Below, in pieces: positions 39,203 through 49,022 of a DNA stretch of 64,000 nt. The DNA lies in NCBI GenBank assembly GCA_964450345.1, contig CAYVEL010000001.1, positions 16,671-80,670 of the forward strand. The letters run 5' to 3'. Both the position numbers and the translations under genes were made by a program. Source of the DNA: an uncultured Candidatus Saccharibacteria bacterium (lineage in GTDB: Bacteria; Patescibacteriota; Minisyncoccia; Phycocordibacterales; PALSA-1337). The first letter of the stretch is position 1. The number at the start of each line of letters is the position of its first letter. The notes below the pieces were generated by a model. It had not been told where the DNA came from. It did no database searches and was given only the letters and a program-made list of their open reading frames with translations.

Positions 39203-39544
39203 CTATTTAGGCGATATGCTAGGTTTAATAGAAGCGGTTGTTGGTATTTTAACACCAAGCTTGTCTTCAGCTTTCACAAACATAATTATGGCTATTATTC
39301 CTACTGTTGTTTCTGGTAGAACTTCTAATACTGGTATCAGACCAATAGTAATAGACGCTAGATTTGTTGCTAATTTTTTTCCACTGAATACAGAGATTCC
39401 TTTTAGATAGAAAAATACATTTAGAGCCACCCATCCGATTGCGGTTACAATACTTCCTATTGCGGGTATCCAGTTTAATAAATCCATTATCACCGCTACG
39501 GTCACTAGTCCTCCAATAGCCATTTTACTCAGACGGTCATTCAT
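39203..39544 (-). CDS. Small multi-TM membrane protein
   Basis: 3-4 hydrophobic helices; coupled to the virB4-like stop. Confidence 0.6.
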   Translation of the reverse strand: MNDRLSKMAIGGLVTVAVIMDLLNWIPAIGSIVTAIGWVALNVFFYLKGISVFSGKKLATNLASITIGLIPVLEVLPETTVGIIAIIMFVKAEDKLGVKIPTTASIKPSISPK

Positions 39545-41358
39545 TATCTTGATGATTGAGCGAAATCGTCCTTCGCCTGTTTAATAGCTAACATCTGTTC
39601 TGGTTTTGTAGATATTAGCTGATCTTCCGCATAAGAAGCCTCGATTTTAATAGCTACGTGCTTCATTCCTACGAAGAAGATGCCCTCTCCTACTCCTGAT
39701 TCTAGAAGTAAGTATTTCTCTTCGTCTGTTAGGTTAAAGATTGTTTGAATCTTATCTACTGCGGTCGGAGATTGTTTAAGTAGAATCTGAATAGAAGAGT
39801 TTGTAACAATAGGTGTTCCATATGGTGACTTTAGGAAGTCGTCCACGTCTTGTGTGATTGTAGCCATTCCTAGCCAGTACTTTCTACCTCTCTTAGCAAT
39901 CATAAGAAGGAATGAAGCTGTATCTTCAGTTTTCATCATCCACCATGCCTCGTCGATAACAAGTAATCTCTTCTTTTTAACTCTCTTAACAGCATTCCAG
40001 ATGTGGTGTGTAACTATATACATGGCTACAGGTTTAAGCTCCTCCTCCATGTCTTTAATACAGAAGACTACGAATTTCTTGTTTATATCAATGTTTGAAG
40101 GTTTGTTTACGAAACCAGACCATGTACCACGAGTGAACTTAGATAGTCTTTGTACTAATGATTCAGCACCCTCCATTCCAGCTAGTACAAGTTCAAAGTC
40201 AGAAAGTAGAGGTGGTTCTATATTAACGAAATCAGATTCAGGTGTAATATCCTTAAGAGCGTAAGTCTCTGTTATTGCTCGGTCGATGATAGCATCTTCT
40301 TCCTTTGTTAGACCTCCGAACATAATTCTAAATAGTCCTACAAGGTTAATGATGTGTGATCTTAGAACATCTGATCTAGCTTCGTCTGGAGCAGGAGCTG
40401 GTAAGTCGAATGGATTAATATGGTTATCAGAGTTAAGAGATATGTTTATGAATCTACCTCCTGTAGTTTCTGCCATGTCTCTATACTCACCTTCTGGATC
40501 CACTACTATTACCTCTGTATCGAACATCAGTGTTCTAAGGATTTCTAGTTTTGTACAATATGATTTACCAGAACCAGATTTAGCGAATGTTACAGAGTTG
40601 TAGTTTTCTAGACTGAATCTGTCGAATAGAACAAGGCTGGAATTGTGTCTGTTTATACCATATAGAATACCTTTTTCGTCAGTAAGGTCGAATGATACGA
40701 ATGGGAATATGCTAGATAGAGGTGAAGAGTTTAGTTTTGAATGAATATTTAGTTCATCACTACAGATAGGTAGAATACTCTTATAACCTTGTTCTTGCTG
40801 GAATAAAGCAGGTTTAACATACACTAGTTTAGCCTCAAGAATAGACTTAATTTCAGACTCCATTTTATCAAGTTCAGATTCGTTGCTTGCGTATAGTGTT
40901 ATGTAAACTCCTACTTCAAACATTTTTTCTTGAGCCTGCATTAAACTGTCTCTAAGATTTTCTAGATCTTGGTATGCAGTGTCTAGCATTGGGTCACGAA
41001 CCAGTCCCCTCTTCTCTCTGTCACCTATCTGGCTTTGTACCTCAGCTACTTTCTTTTGGAAATTTTTAAGTATCGAAGCTGTGTCGATTGGATGTATAAA
41101 AATAGAAACGTTAAAAACTTTATCTAGATTTATTATTGGAGCGAACCAGCTATCTGTTAGGAATCTTGGGTATGAGATTACGAAGAAAGTTCTAGCTACT
41201 TTTTCTCCGAGATGTAATTCCTTTGGTGTTATCTTTAAAGCTGAAGGAGCAATAATGTCCTGCAGTTCAAGCATTCCAGAATTATATATTTCATCAGGTA
41301 AAACAGCTGTTATGGCTGTGTTATTTTTTTTACCAAATAAGTTTGAAAAAAATCCCAT
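39544..41358 (-). CDS. virB4: VirB4-like (DUF87/TraG P-loop) secretion ATPase
   Basis: GILYGIN, FAKSGSGKSY, VDPEGEY, INPFD, LVIDEAW, RGRKY, ITQDVDDF. Confidence 0.88.
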   Translation of the reverse strand: MGFFSNLFGKKNNTAITAVLPDEIYNSGMLELQDIIAPSALKITPKELHLGEKVARTFFVISYPRFLTDSWFAPIINLDKVFNVSIFIHPIDTASILKNFQKKVAEVQSQIGDREKRGLVRDPMLDTAYQDLENLRDSLMQAQEKMFEVGVYITLYASNESELDKMESEIKSILEAKLVYVKPALFQQEQGYKSILPICSDELNIHSKLNSSPLSSIFPFVSFDLTDEKGILYGINRHNSSLVLFDRFSLENYNSVTFAKSGSGKSYCTKLEILRTLMFDTEVIVVDPEGEYRDMAETTGGRFINISLNSDNHINPFDLPAPAPDEARSDVLRSHIINLVGLFRIMFGGLTKEEDAIIDRAITETYALKDITPESDFVNIEPPLLSDFELVLAGMEGAESLVQRLSKFTRGTWSGFVNKPSNIDINKKFVVFCIKDMEEELKPVAMYIVTHHIWNAVKRVKKKRLLVIDEAWWMMKTEDTASFLLMIAKRGRKYWLGMATITQDVDDFLKSPYGTPIVTNSSIQILLKQSPTAVDKIQTIFNLTDEEKYLLLESGVGEGIFFVGMKHVAIKIEASYAEDQLISTKPEQMLAIKQAKDDFAQSSR

Positions 41359-41362
41359 ATTA

Positions 41363-41998
41363 TTATAATTGAATTGGCTTCTCTGTTTCGCCGGGGTTAA
41401 ATATCTTATAGAACAGTTCTACTACTTCTTCTGTTCCTAGTTGAGCAACTTTAAGTCCGCTTCTTGTAAGTCCTTGCACAACCACGTTTGCTCTTTGTTC
41501 TAGCTGACTTCTATTCTCTTCAAAAATGTCTATTTTTGCACTAGCGTCATCTTTATTAGAGTGGGGAAACATCTTAAGAATTGAGCTACCACCCTCTCCT
41601 AATGCTGGTGGTGTATAAGGAACTATAATAAAGAAACTCTTACTCATGATGCTTGTCTGTTCGGTGAAGGCCTTTATGAATTCAACATATTCTCTAACTT
41701 GAATTTTCATTAATTCAGAAGTTTGCTCTTTATAACGCTCTTCAAGTAGTGCTAAATATGGCCTAATATCTAGTTTTTTTGACTGAACTAGTATCTGTAC
41801 AGAAAAATCTAAAGAGTTTAGAAAATTTTGGAATTGTGAGATTATACCGTTTTGTTCGTCAGTAGATTTAAGAGCAAAGTTTAGAGAAGATCCCATAAGA
41901 ACTAATCTCATGGCACCATCTTTAAGTATTACAATACCATCTCTAACTTCTTTGATGGGTACGAAACTTTGTGAGCTGTTAACGTTTACTGTAGACAT
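41363..41998 (-). CDS. VirB4-associated (TraC-like N-terminal domain) protein
   Basis: IKEVRDGIVILKDG, LNFALKS..EQ, FLNSLDF; lies between prgI-like and virB4-like genes. Confidence 0.65.
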   Translation of the reverse strand: MSTVNVNSSQSFVPIKEVRDGIVILKDGAMRLVLMGSSLNFALKSTDEQNGIISQFQNFLNSLDFSVQILVQSKKLDIRPYLALLEERYKEQTSELMKIQVREYVEFIKAFTEQTSIMSKSFFIIVPYTPPALGEGGSSILKMFPHSNKDDASAKIDIFEENRSQLEQRANVVVQGLTRSGLKVAQLGTEEVVELFYKIFNPGETEKPIQL

Positions 41999-42438
41999 TA
42001 TCTTGTTTGGTTTTTATTTTGATCTTTATTTATTCCTTCGTGTATATCTAGACTCCAAGCAAGGTCTCTTAGCTTGCTTTCAGAAAGTCTAGGTACATTT
42101 AATGGATTTGATGAACTTATATTTCCCACTGATTTAACTGGCGTTTTAACTACTTTGTCTACTTTCTTCCAAAGATATAATTTGCTTCCTTTGTAATAAT
42201 TGAATGCTGCTTCTAGAGTAAAAATCATGGGTCTCTTATTTACCTGATAGAAGGCTATAGCAAAAGAAAAAGCTACTACAAATATTATCAAAGGTAATGA
42301 TATTATTTTGTAAGGTATAAATAAATATAATATAAAAGATAAACCAGCACCTCCTGCTAAGTATATTCCTTGCTTAAGGGTAAAATAACTAAAAAGCTTA
42401 TCCTCTACTTCTATGAATTGAGGAACCTGATAGTTCAT
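41998..42438 (-). CDS. prgI: PrgI family (VirB3-like) membrane protein
   Basis: YQVPQFIEVEDKL...TLKQ plus two TMs. Confidence 0.8.
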   Translation of the reverse strand: MNYQVPQFIEVEDKLFSYFTLKQGIYLAGGAGLSFILYLFIPYKIISLPLIIFVVAFSFAIAFYQVNKRPMIFTLEAAFNYYKGSKLYLWKKVDKVVKTPVKSVGNISSSNPLNVPRLSESKLRDLAWSLDIHEGINKDQNKNQTR

Positions 42439-42452
42439 GAGTATATTTTACA

Positions 42453-43049
42453 CTAATTTAATGGTTCGCGATACGGATCAACTGTGTAATTTGTGTTTTT
42501 AACTGTACTTACTGTGGATTCCTTCAGATTTGATTCCACAACAGTTAGATTATGTTCCGTTTGATTTGCTATAGGGGTAACTATCGGAGCACTATTTATA
42601 GGTGTTTCTATTGTTTTAACAGGAGTTTGGGTTGGTGTTGTTGCGGTATTTACTGGAGTATTATTTATTACAGGGGCTACTGGTGCTTGGGTAGTATTTG
42701 GGTCTTTTGCCAAATTTGGTATTTCTGCGTCTGTTTTCTCACCCTCACCCATTTCGTAGTTGTAAGACATTAGAATTCTAGTTTTAAGAGGTTCTAGAAT
42801 CGCTGTATTAATGTCGGGGAGCATTTTAATAACGGTCTCCTCATCTACTTCTACTGATTCTATTATGTTTCCAACTAATTCAGACTTCTGAATATTTCCA
42901 TACACATAATTCTTTATAATCGCAATTAAGTTTCCTATCTGATTTATGTTTAAGTTGAATTTTTCTCCAACCTTAACAACGGTGTCATTAAATTCACTAG
43001 ACACTAAGTATTGTATTACTTCTGGTTTTATTATAGTTCTTGTATCCAT
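42453..43049 (-). CDS. Hypothetical protein with Pro/Thr-rich tail ending DPYREP
   Basis: ORF within the cluster; low-complexity C-terminal half. Confidence 0.6.
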   Translation of the reverse strand: MDTRTIIKPEVIQYLVSSEFNDTVVKVGEKFNLNINQIGNLIAIIKNYVYGNIQKSELVGNIIESVEVDEETVIKMLPDINTAILEPLKTRILMSYNYEMGEGEKTDAEIPNLAKDPNTTQAPVAPVINNTPVNTATTPTQTPVKTIETPINSAPIVTPIANQTEHNLTVVESNLKESTVSTVKNTNYTVDPYREPLN

Positions 43050-43055
43050 ATTTTT

Positions 43056-45188
43056 TTAAATTCCCCAGTTTGCCTTATTTTTTGGATCTGAGACGTACTG
43101 ATATCCTGGTATTGGAACAGGTGGATTTCCAGCTTCAAATGCTGCTAACTGAGTACCTATGTCTTTAGCTTGCTCGGTACCACCTATTGCCTGCTCTAGT
43201 TTCTTTAATGAATTAGTATCAAGTAATTTAGCAATCTTAGCTTCCTTGTAGTATGGTTTTCCATTAGAGTCATTTGTAAATAATAGATCTCTTAACTCTT
43301 CTCCTTCTAGTGCTTTGAAGTTGTCGACTATTTCTTTATGTGGTTTACCGCTTACACCAGATAAGCCCTCAGCAATACCCTTGATTCTAGCTTCTTGTGC
43401 AGCAACAAAATCCTTGTAATCTGTCTTCTCGTCTTTTTCTTTATTATTAAAGTATTTCTTACCTATAATAGCTGCTAGTGTAGGGTTATCCTTAACATCA
43501 CTTAACTTAATTTCAGAACGTTCTTTTTCTGATAATGCACCAATTCTATCTGATAGACCCTTACTTAGTTTATCCATCTCAGATTGAATTCCATTATTTT
43601 CAGCTGTTTGATATGCAGCTAAGAAGTCTTTAGCGGTCTCTTTTGCGGCATTAATATTCTCAGCGCGCTCTCTATCGTTTTTAATATTTTTCTCTAGTTC
43701 TGCTTCAGACTTAGAATCTTTATATATTCCCTTCTGTTCGTAAGATTTCTTTAATGAGTCAGCAATAGGTCTAACTGTTTCAGCAAAAGCACCATTGTAT
43801 TTTGTTGCGCTGTCGATTTTTCCAGATATAGTCTGGTTTACAGCTCTAGAAGCACCTTTTGTTAATAATGCATTAGTAAATGATTTTTTATCTGTTGCTG
43901 CCTTTCCAAATCTTGTCTTAGCTAAGTCTGCCATAATACCTGTACCGCCCGCAGAATTTTCAAGTCTTGTAGCGAATTTCTGACCCGCTGCTTGGCCTGT
44001 TTCACTAGCAAGGGTTCCGAGGCTACGATTAACAAATCTAGCATTGTTACCCATACTGAATCTTTCTTTACCAGACTCTGCCATTTTTATAATTCTATCT
44101 CCACCCCACTCTCCTAGTGACGTACCTTTCTTTAGTGCTGCCATATAGAAACCCATCACTATTGCATATGTAACTATTGTAGAAACTAGTTCTCTTATTA
44201 CTTTTTCGAATTCTGATCCACTACTCTTTCCTGTGATTAGAGCTAATTGTTTTGATAATGCACTGTCTGTTCCGGATCCTACTAGTATTGCTAGACCTAC
44301 GTAAAGTAGAAGCATGAACATTGGAGCAAATAGAGCCGCATTTATAAATTTATTCCAAAGACTTCTTCCTTCTTTTGTAAGATCCCCAAGGAATTCTAAG
44401 TTTATGAAATTAAATGCAAGTACTGGGCTAGCAGCTAACATTCCAATCAATACTAATGTTCTAATCATGAATAGTGCTGCACCTGCAAAAAATAATACGG
44501 CTGTAATTAATTGTATTGAACCATTGAAAATTGCTAAGGTGTATTGCTGGAAACCTGTAGATAGAATTTTTGCAGCAGACCAACCACCAGAAGACTTTAA
44601 TGCGTCACCATTCATCTTTGTTAAGTTCATTAGCACATCAGATAAACCTCCACTAAAAGTGGAGTTGGCAGGGATAATTGCATTATATATACCTAATGCG
44701 AACATATTTGTGGCATCTATTATTAATTTCACTATAACGAAGCTGAAGTTAATAAAAAAGCCGGCAATTATAATGCCAATAATAAGTTCCCCGACCTGAC
44801 TCATTTTTGCCTTACCAATGATAACTTTAATTGAAGTAAATAAGAGCAAGAATATAAAGAACATTGATATAACATCTCTTATTACTACCCACGCCTGCCC
44901 TATTCCACTCATTCCATTTATTATCGTAGAGATTCTAAGACTGAAATCTATAGCCATGTTAAGAGCATAACCAGCTATTGAAAGTATGAAAGAAGTTATT
45001 GCTAAATATAAACCTAGTATAAACTGTATTAGTGCATCTGGTCTGAAAAATGTTGTCCAACTGACTTCTGTGGCTTGACTGGTAGCTGCTATAGCAGAAT
45101 TCGCAAAGAAAAATACAGCTAAAATAGCTATTGAAGTTAAAGCTATTTTAATTGATAGGTTTTTCTTATTAATAATTCTGCTAAACAT
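43056..45188 (-). CDS. VirB6/TrbL-like polytopic membrane protein with long cytoplasmic tail
   Basis: Many TMs; WVVIRD, INFSF..KLIIDATN, R.LVL...ASP motifs; upstream of prgI/virB4. Confidence 0.7.
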   Translation of the reverse strand: MFSRIINKKNLSIKIALTSIAILAVFFFANSAIAATSQATEVSWTTFFRPDALIQFILGLYLAITSFILSIAGYALNMAIDFSLRISTIINGMSGIGQAWVVIRDVISMFFIFLLLFTSIKVIIGKAKMSQVGELIIGIIIAGFFINFSFVIVKLIIDATNMFALGIYNAIIPANSTFSGGLSDVLMNLTKMNGDALKSSGGWSAAKILSTGFQQYTLAIFNGSIQLITAVLFFAGAALFMIRTLVLIGMLAASPVLAFNFINLEFLGDLTKEGRSLWNKFINAALFAPMFMLLLYVGLAILVGSGTDSALSKQLALITGKSSGSEFEKVIRELVSTIVTYAIVMGFYMAALKKGTSLGEWGGDRIIKMAESGKERFSMGNNARFVNRSLGTLASETGQAAGQKFATRLENSAGGTGIMADLAKTRFGKAATDKKSFTNALLTKGASRAVNQTISGKIDSATKYNGAFAETVRPIADSLKKSYEQKGIYKDSKSEAELEKNIKNDRERAENINAAKETAKDFLAAYQTAENNGIQSEMDKLSKGLSDRIGALSEKERSEIKLSDVKDNPTLAAIIGKKYFNNKEKDEKTDYKDFVAAQEARIKGIAEGLSGVSGKPHKEIVDNFKALEGEELRDLLFTNDSNGKPYYKEAKIAKLLDTNSLKKLEQAIGGTEQAKDIGTQLAAFEAGNPPVPIPGYQYVSDPKNKANWGI

Positions 45189-45231
45189 TGGTTTTTATAT
45201 TATCTCACCTTTCCGAACTTTTTTGTACTAT

Positions 45232-46758
45232 TTAATTCTGTAAACAAGCCGAATTGTAATTTGAAAGCAGTCTTCTATATCCGATTATTTTATCTGTTAC
45301 TTCTTTCGATAATGCTTGGGCTTTAGTTACATCGTTTGGTGAATGTAGTGAATATGAGAATGATGTAGCTTGCTGAGCAATATACTTAAAGTCTTCAATA
45401 GTCTTCTTTGAATCTACTTGAACGTAATAATTATCTATCTGATCCATTAGTGCGGCTGTTGAATTATAAGATGCGCTAATTTGTGTGAAGTATGTAGATA
45501 TCTCGTTATCTAAAGTAGATTTTATCTGAGAGTATACAGTGTTGTAGTTTAGAGCTCTTGTTTTACAATTTTCTAATATAGTAAGAGCGTTTTCATAGTC
45601 TGATTTTATAGCAAATAGAGAGTTATACATTTGCATGTATTCATTGTAGTATTTCTCCTCACCTGCCTTAATCATATCTAAGAATTCGTACATCGACTCT
45701 TTGTTTGCGTACGTAGATTCATTTAACTGCTGTTCTTCTAATTGAGCACCTCTACTATTCCAGTAGTTATTTTGATCAGAAGTACCACTACCGCTTACTG
45801 AAGAAACTCCGGCAGTAACGACTTGTTGTATTAATTGTGATACAGCTGCATTTATAATTTCGTCGAATTCATCAGCTAATTCTAATTGTCTGAAACCACT
45901 ACCTAGAGATGTAGAAAGGGTATCGTTAACAACTGCTCCTGGTGTTGTGATAGAACAGTCTGAAGCTGATCTTGTTGTTGCTGCTGAGCTGCTAGATGTT
46001 ATTGGACTTATGTAAGATGTTGCTCCTGTAGAACTGTTTTTACATTTCTCAATTGATAAGAAACCTTTTCCTTGTCCTAGTTCATTATTTTTCTTAACAA
46101 TTTTATTAGCTACTCTAGCATCAAGTTCTGTTTTTGCGGTTAGGAATGCTCCGTAAGTATTATTTTGAGGATATTGTGATACCTGAATAAAATTACTCCA
46201 TCCTCCTCCCTGTTCGAATGAGCCACCTAATGATTTTACATTTTGTCCGTTTATACTGATGTTATTTGGTATGTTCTGAATATTATTAACAACCTGACTC
46301 AATGTACAAGAAACTTTTCTCTTGAATGGTGAATAAGATAGCTGTAATGCTAGACGAATATCTATACCCATTGAGCTACATAGAAAGTTTAGGTCTGGGT
46401 CGTTTTCAATAAATGAACCAATTTGCTCATCTATCATGTCAGTGAAGAATTGACTTGGATTTGATAGGAATGTTGGACTGCCTTTGAAACCGGAGTTTAT
46501 CCAGTCAACAATGCTTTGGGTCATGTACTTAAGCATCATCTTCATTGCTGCTGTACCTATAGAGTTTAGTGTTATTGGAGTACACTGACCAAACATGGAC
46601 ATCACACCACAAGTCTTTTTATCGTGTGCTGAACCTGTTGGTATGCTTTGTGCTGCTTGGGCGTATATTATTGTCGGCGATGCTGTAAAACCTAAAATGC
46701 TTACGAGCATGGTAATCGCAAAAAGTTTTTTTGTGATTGAATTACTAAAATATTTCAT
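45232..46758 (-). CDS. Secreted protein of the T4SS-like cluster with C-terminal helical domain
   Basis: Signal peptide; SIVDWINSGFKGSPTF, GKGFLSIEKC, ITTPG, LELADEFDEII. Confidence 0.6.
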   Translation of the reverse strand: MKYFSNSITKKLFAITMLVSILGFTASPTIIYAQAAQSIPTGSAHDKKTCGVMSMFGQCTPITLNSIGTAAMKMMLKYMTQSIVDWINSGFKGSPTFLSNPSQFFTDMIDEQIGSFIENDPDLNFLCSSMGIDIRLALQLSYSPFKRKVSCTLSQVVNNIQNIPNNISINGQNVKSLGGSFEQGGGWSNFIQVSQYPQNNTYGAFLTAKTELDARVANKIVKKNNELGQGKGFLSIEKCKNSSTGATSYISPITSSSSAATTRSASDCSITTPGAVVNDTLSTSLGSGFRQLELADEFDEIINAAVSQLIQQVVTAGVSSVSGSGTSDQNNYWNSRGAQLEEQQLNESTYANKESMYEFLDMIKAGEEKYYNEYMQMYNSLFAIKSDYENALTILENCKTRALNYNTVYSQIKSTLDNEISTYFTQISASYNSTAALMDQIDNYYVQVDSKKTIEDFKYIAQQATSFSYSLHSPNDVTKAQALSKEVTDKIIGYRRLLSNYNSACLQN

Positions 46759-47735
46759 ATATTTTTATACCAAAAAAATCCGGCATCTGTTGTTTTAAAA
46801 CTAATGTTTTTACTGAATAATTTCTTAGCTATTTCATTTAAAATTCCGTTCTGTTTTTCTGTTATCGCCCCCTGATTTTTCATAGCGGTCAGTGCTTTAA
46901 GGGGATCTTTATCTAAGGCACTTAATTTAACCATCGACTGTCTATTTTCATAAAGATTATTAAGGAAATCTACATGTGAAGATACTAATGATTCAGGAAC
47001 TGTGACAGCGAGTACATCCCTCTCCATTCTAGAGTATATACTGATAGCATTTTTTGCTGCAGATGAAAAAGCAATGACATCGTTTTCAGAATTCATTACA
47101 TTGGGAAATGGATTTTTTATATATTCGTTTTGGTATTTAATATATATTTGAGCTAGTATATTTCCGTATATTTGGAAAGATAACTCCGAATCAGGTATTG
47201 ATTTTACGGAAGATTTTTTATACATCTCTACTGGTATAGAAGCGCTATTTACTTCTACGCTGTAAAGTAATTCATTAATTAAATCTTGTTGACTTGCTTT
47301 ATCTCCAGATAAATTAGCCTGTTTTAATTCAATAAATTTAGCGAAAAAGTTTCTTGAGAATTGTTCGGTGTCTGTTAAGTTTTCAGATTCTTTATTTGTG
47401 CTAGATGCTGTTTTTGAATCCGAAACTACTTTGTCATTTGGTCCTTTTTTAAGTGGATCTCTGTTTGCTTGGACTTCATCATAGTCACTGGTTCCATCTC
47501 CATCTGTATCTACGAGTTTTTTATCAGTACCACGGACATCTTCTTCCCAATCTTTAAGTCCATCTCCGTCAGTATCAACAGAATCTGATTCTGTTTGTAT
47601 TAATGATGAACCCGCAAGAATTTGTGTATTGGTATAAGAGTATTCTTTCTGTCTAGAAATCAATACGGTAATAGCTACTAGTACAATTACTATCGAGAAA
47701 ATAATAGAAAATGTAATTTTTTTGTTAATTTTCAT
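46755..47735 (-). CDS. Membrane-anchored protein with Ca-binding DxDGDG (thrombospondin type 3-like) repeats
   Basis: DTDGDGLKDWEE, DTDGDGTSDYDE; N-terminal TM. Confidence 0.7.
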   Translation of the reverse strand: MKINKKITFSIIFSIVIVLVAITVLISRQKEYSYTNTQILAGSSLIQTESDSVDTDGDGLKDWEEDVRGTDKKLVDTDGDGTSDYDEVQANRDPLKKGPNDKVVSDSKTASSTNKESENLTDTEQFSRNFFAKFIELKQANLSGDKASQQDLINELLYSVEVNSASIPVEMYKKSSVKSIPDSELSFQIYGNILAQIYIKYQNEYIKNPFPNVMNSENDVIAFSSAAKNAISIYSRMERDVLAVTVPESLVSSHVDFLNNLYENRQSMVKLSALDKDPLKALTAMKNQGAITEKQNGILNEIAKKLFSKNISFKTTDAGFFWYKNI

Positions 47736-47806
47736 TAAGGTGATTATATTCTATCAGAATTTATCTGCTATGTTTTATTTTTTGTGAATAAGTTAGAATA
47801 TAGGTA

Positions 47807-48190
47807 ATGAGAAAATATCTTATTATATTTTTTATAGCAACTACCCTATTTTTAGCTAGTCCATCAAAATCGATGGCGCAGTTAGCTAAGTATTTCGGAG
47901 GACATGTATATGTACAGTTGTACTGTACCTGTTCAGCAAATTATTGGCTGTTTATGATGCCTTTATATCTTAACTCGTCCGTTTCTACAGCCGGAGCTTT
48001 GCTTTGGGTTCCTGGACAAAGTATGGCTTATGCAAACAATATTAATCCTCCAACACCTATGACATGGCTACTTGGTGAATATCAAGAGAATAATGGTAAT
48101 GGTTGTAAAATGGTTTCTGGACCAACCTGTGTTGAAATACCATCGATGGGAACCATAAAGAGAGCCGGAATCAGTTATCCAGGGATGTAA
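47807..48190 (+). CDS. Small secreted Cys-containing protein
   Basis: Signal peptide; FGG...CTCS; C-x6-C; divergent from the T4SS-like cluster. Confidence 0.6.
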   Translation: MRKYLIIFFIATTLFLASPSKSMAQLAKYFGGHVYVQLYCTCSANYWLFMMPLYLNSSVSTAGALLWVPGQSMAYANNINPPTPMTWLLGEYQENNGNGCKMVSGPTCVEIPSMGTIKRAGISYPGM

Positions 48191-48226
48191 TTTTAGTTTT
48201 CGATAGATTTTAAACAAAAAGCCTTA

Positions 48227-49012
48227 TTAAATAAGGCTTTTTGTTATTTCGATCCATTTTTCTAGAGGTATATTTTCGGATCTCTCTTTCGGATTAAGAC
48301 CGATTTCTAGCCATTTTTTAGCTAAGTTGCTGTTATTAAAGCCTTTCTGAACATTATTTATGGCAAACTTTCTCTTACTAGAAAAGGCTAATTTTATTAC
48401 TTCAAAAAATACTTTTTCTTCGTTTTCGTCTTTAAAATTGGCCTTGTTTATGTTTTTTATGGATAAAATAGCACTATCTACATCTGGTGCTGGGTTAAAT
48501 GCCCCAGCTTTTACAATTCTCTCAAGTTTAGGTAAACCAAATGCTTTGACGCTCAGTGACAAAATGCTTTCTTTTGTATCTGTAACTCTTTTTGCTACTT
48601 CTTTCTGAACCATAATCACAATGTTTATAGGTTGATGCTTTGATTCCAGGAATTTTCTGATTATTTGACCAGTTATATAGTATGGAATGTTTGCGATTAA
48701 CTTATAAGGTCTATTCCCTACTATTGATGTAATATCTGTTTCTAAAATATCTGCTTCTGTAATACTAAACATTTTCATATTTAATTTTTCAGAAAACTTT
48801 TCACGAAGAGGTTCTATTAATCTACTATCTTTTTCTATGGCGATAACTAGCGCTCCAGCATTTAGAAGTTTTTCTGTAAGATTTCCTGTTCCTGGTCCTA
48901 TCTCCACCACTATATCTCCAGGTTTTATTTCTCCAGCAATAATAATATCGTTAAGGGCCTTCTCTTCTACAAGAAAGTTTTGTCCTAAAGATTTTTTTGC
49001 TTGGATTTTCAT
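48227..49012 (-). CDS. rsmA: 16S rRNA dimethyladenosine transferase
   Basis: KKSLGQNFL, EIGPGTG, ANIPYYIT, QKEVA, PAPDVDSA. Confidence 0.96.
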   Translation of the reverse strand: MKIQAKKSLGQNFLVEEKALNDIIIAGEIKPGDIVVEIGPGTGNLTEKLLNAGALVIAIEKDSRLIEPLREKFSEKLNMKMFSITEADILETDITSIVGNRPYKLIANIPYYITGQIIRKFLESKHQPINIVIMVQKEVAKRVTDTKESILSLSVKAFGLPKLERIVKAGAFNPAPDVDSAILSIKNINKANFKDENEEKVFFEVIKLAFSSKRKFAINNVQKGFNNSNLAKKWLEIGLNPKERSENIPLEKWIEITKSLI

Positions 49013-49022
49013 AATCTATTTT

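Noticed and set aside
35815-47735. Integrative conjugative element or prophage
   Set aside because: No integrase, relaxase, att repeats or phage genes; flanked by core genes
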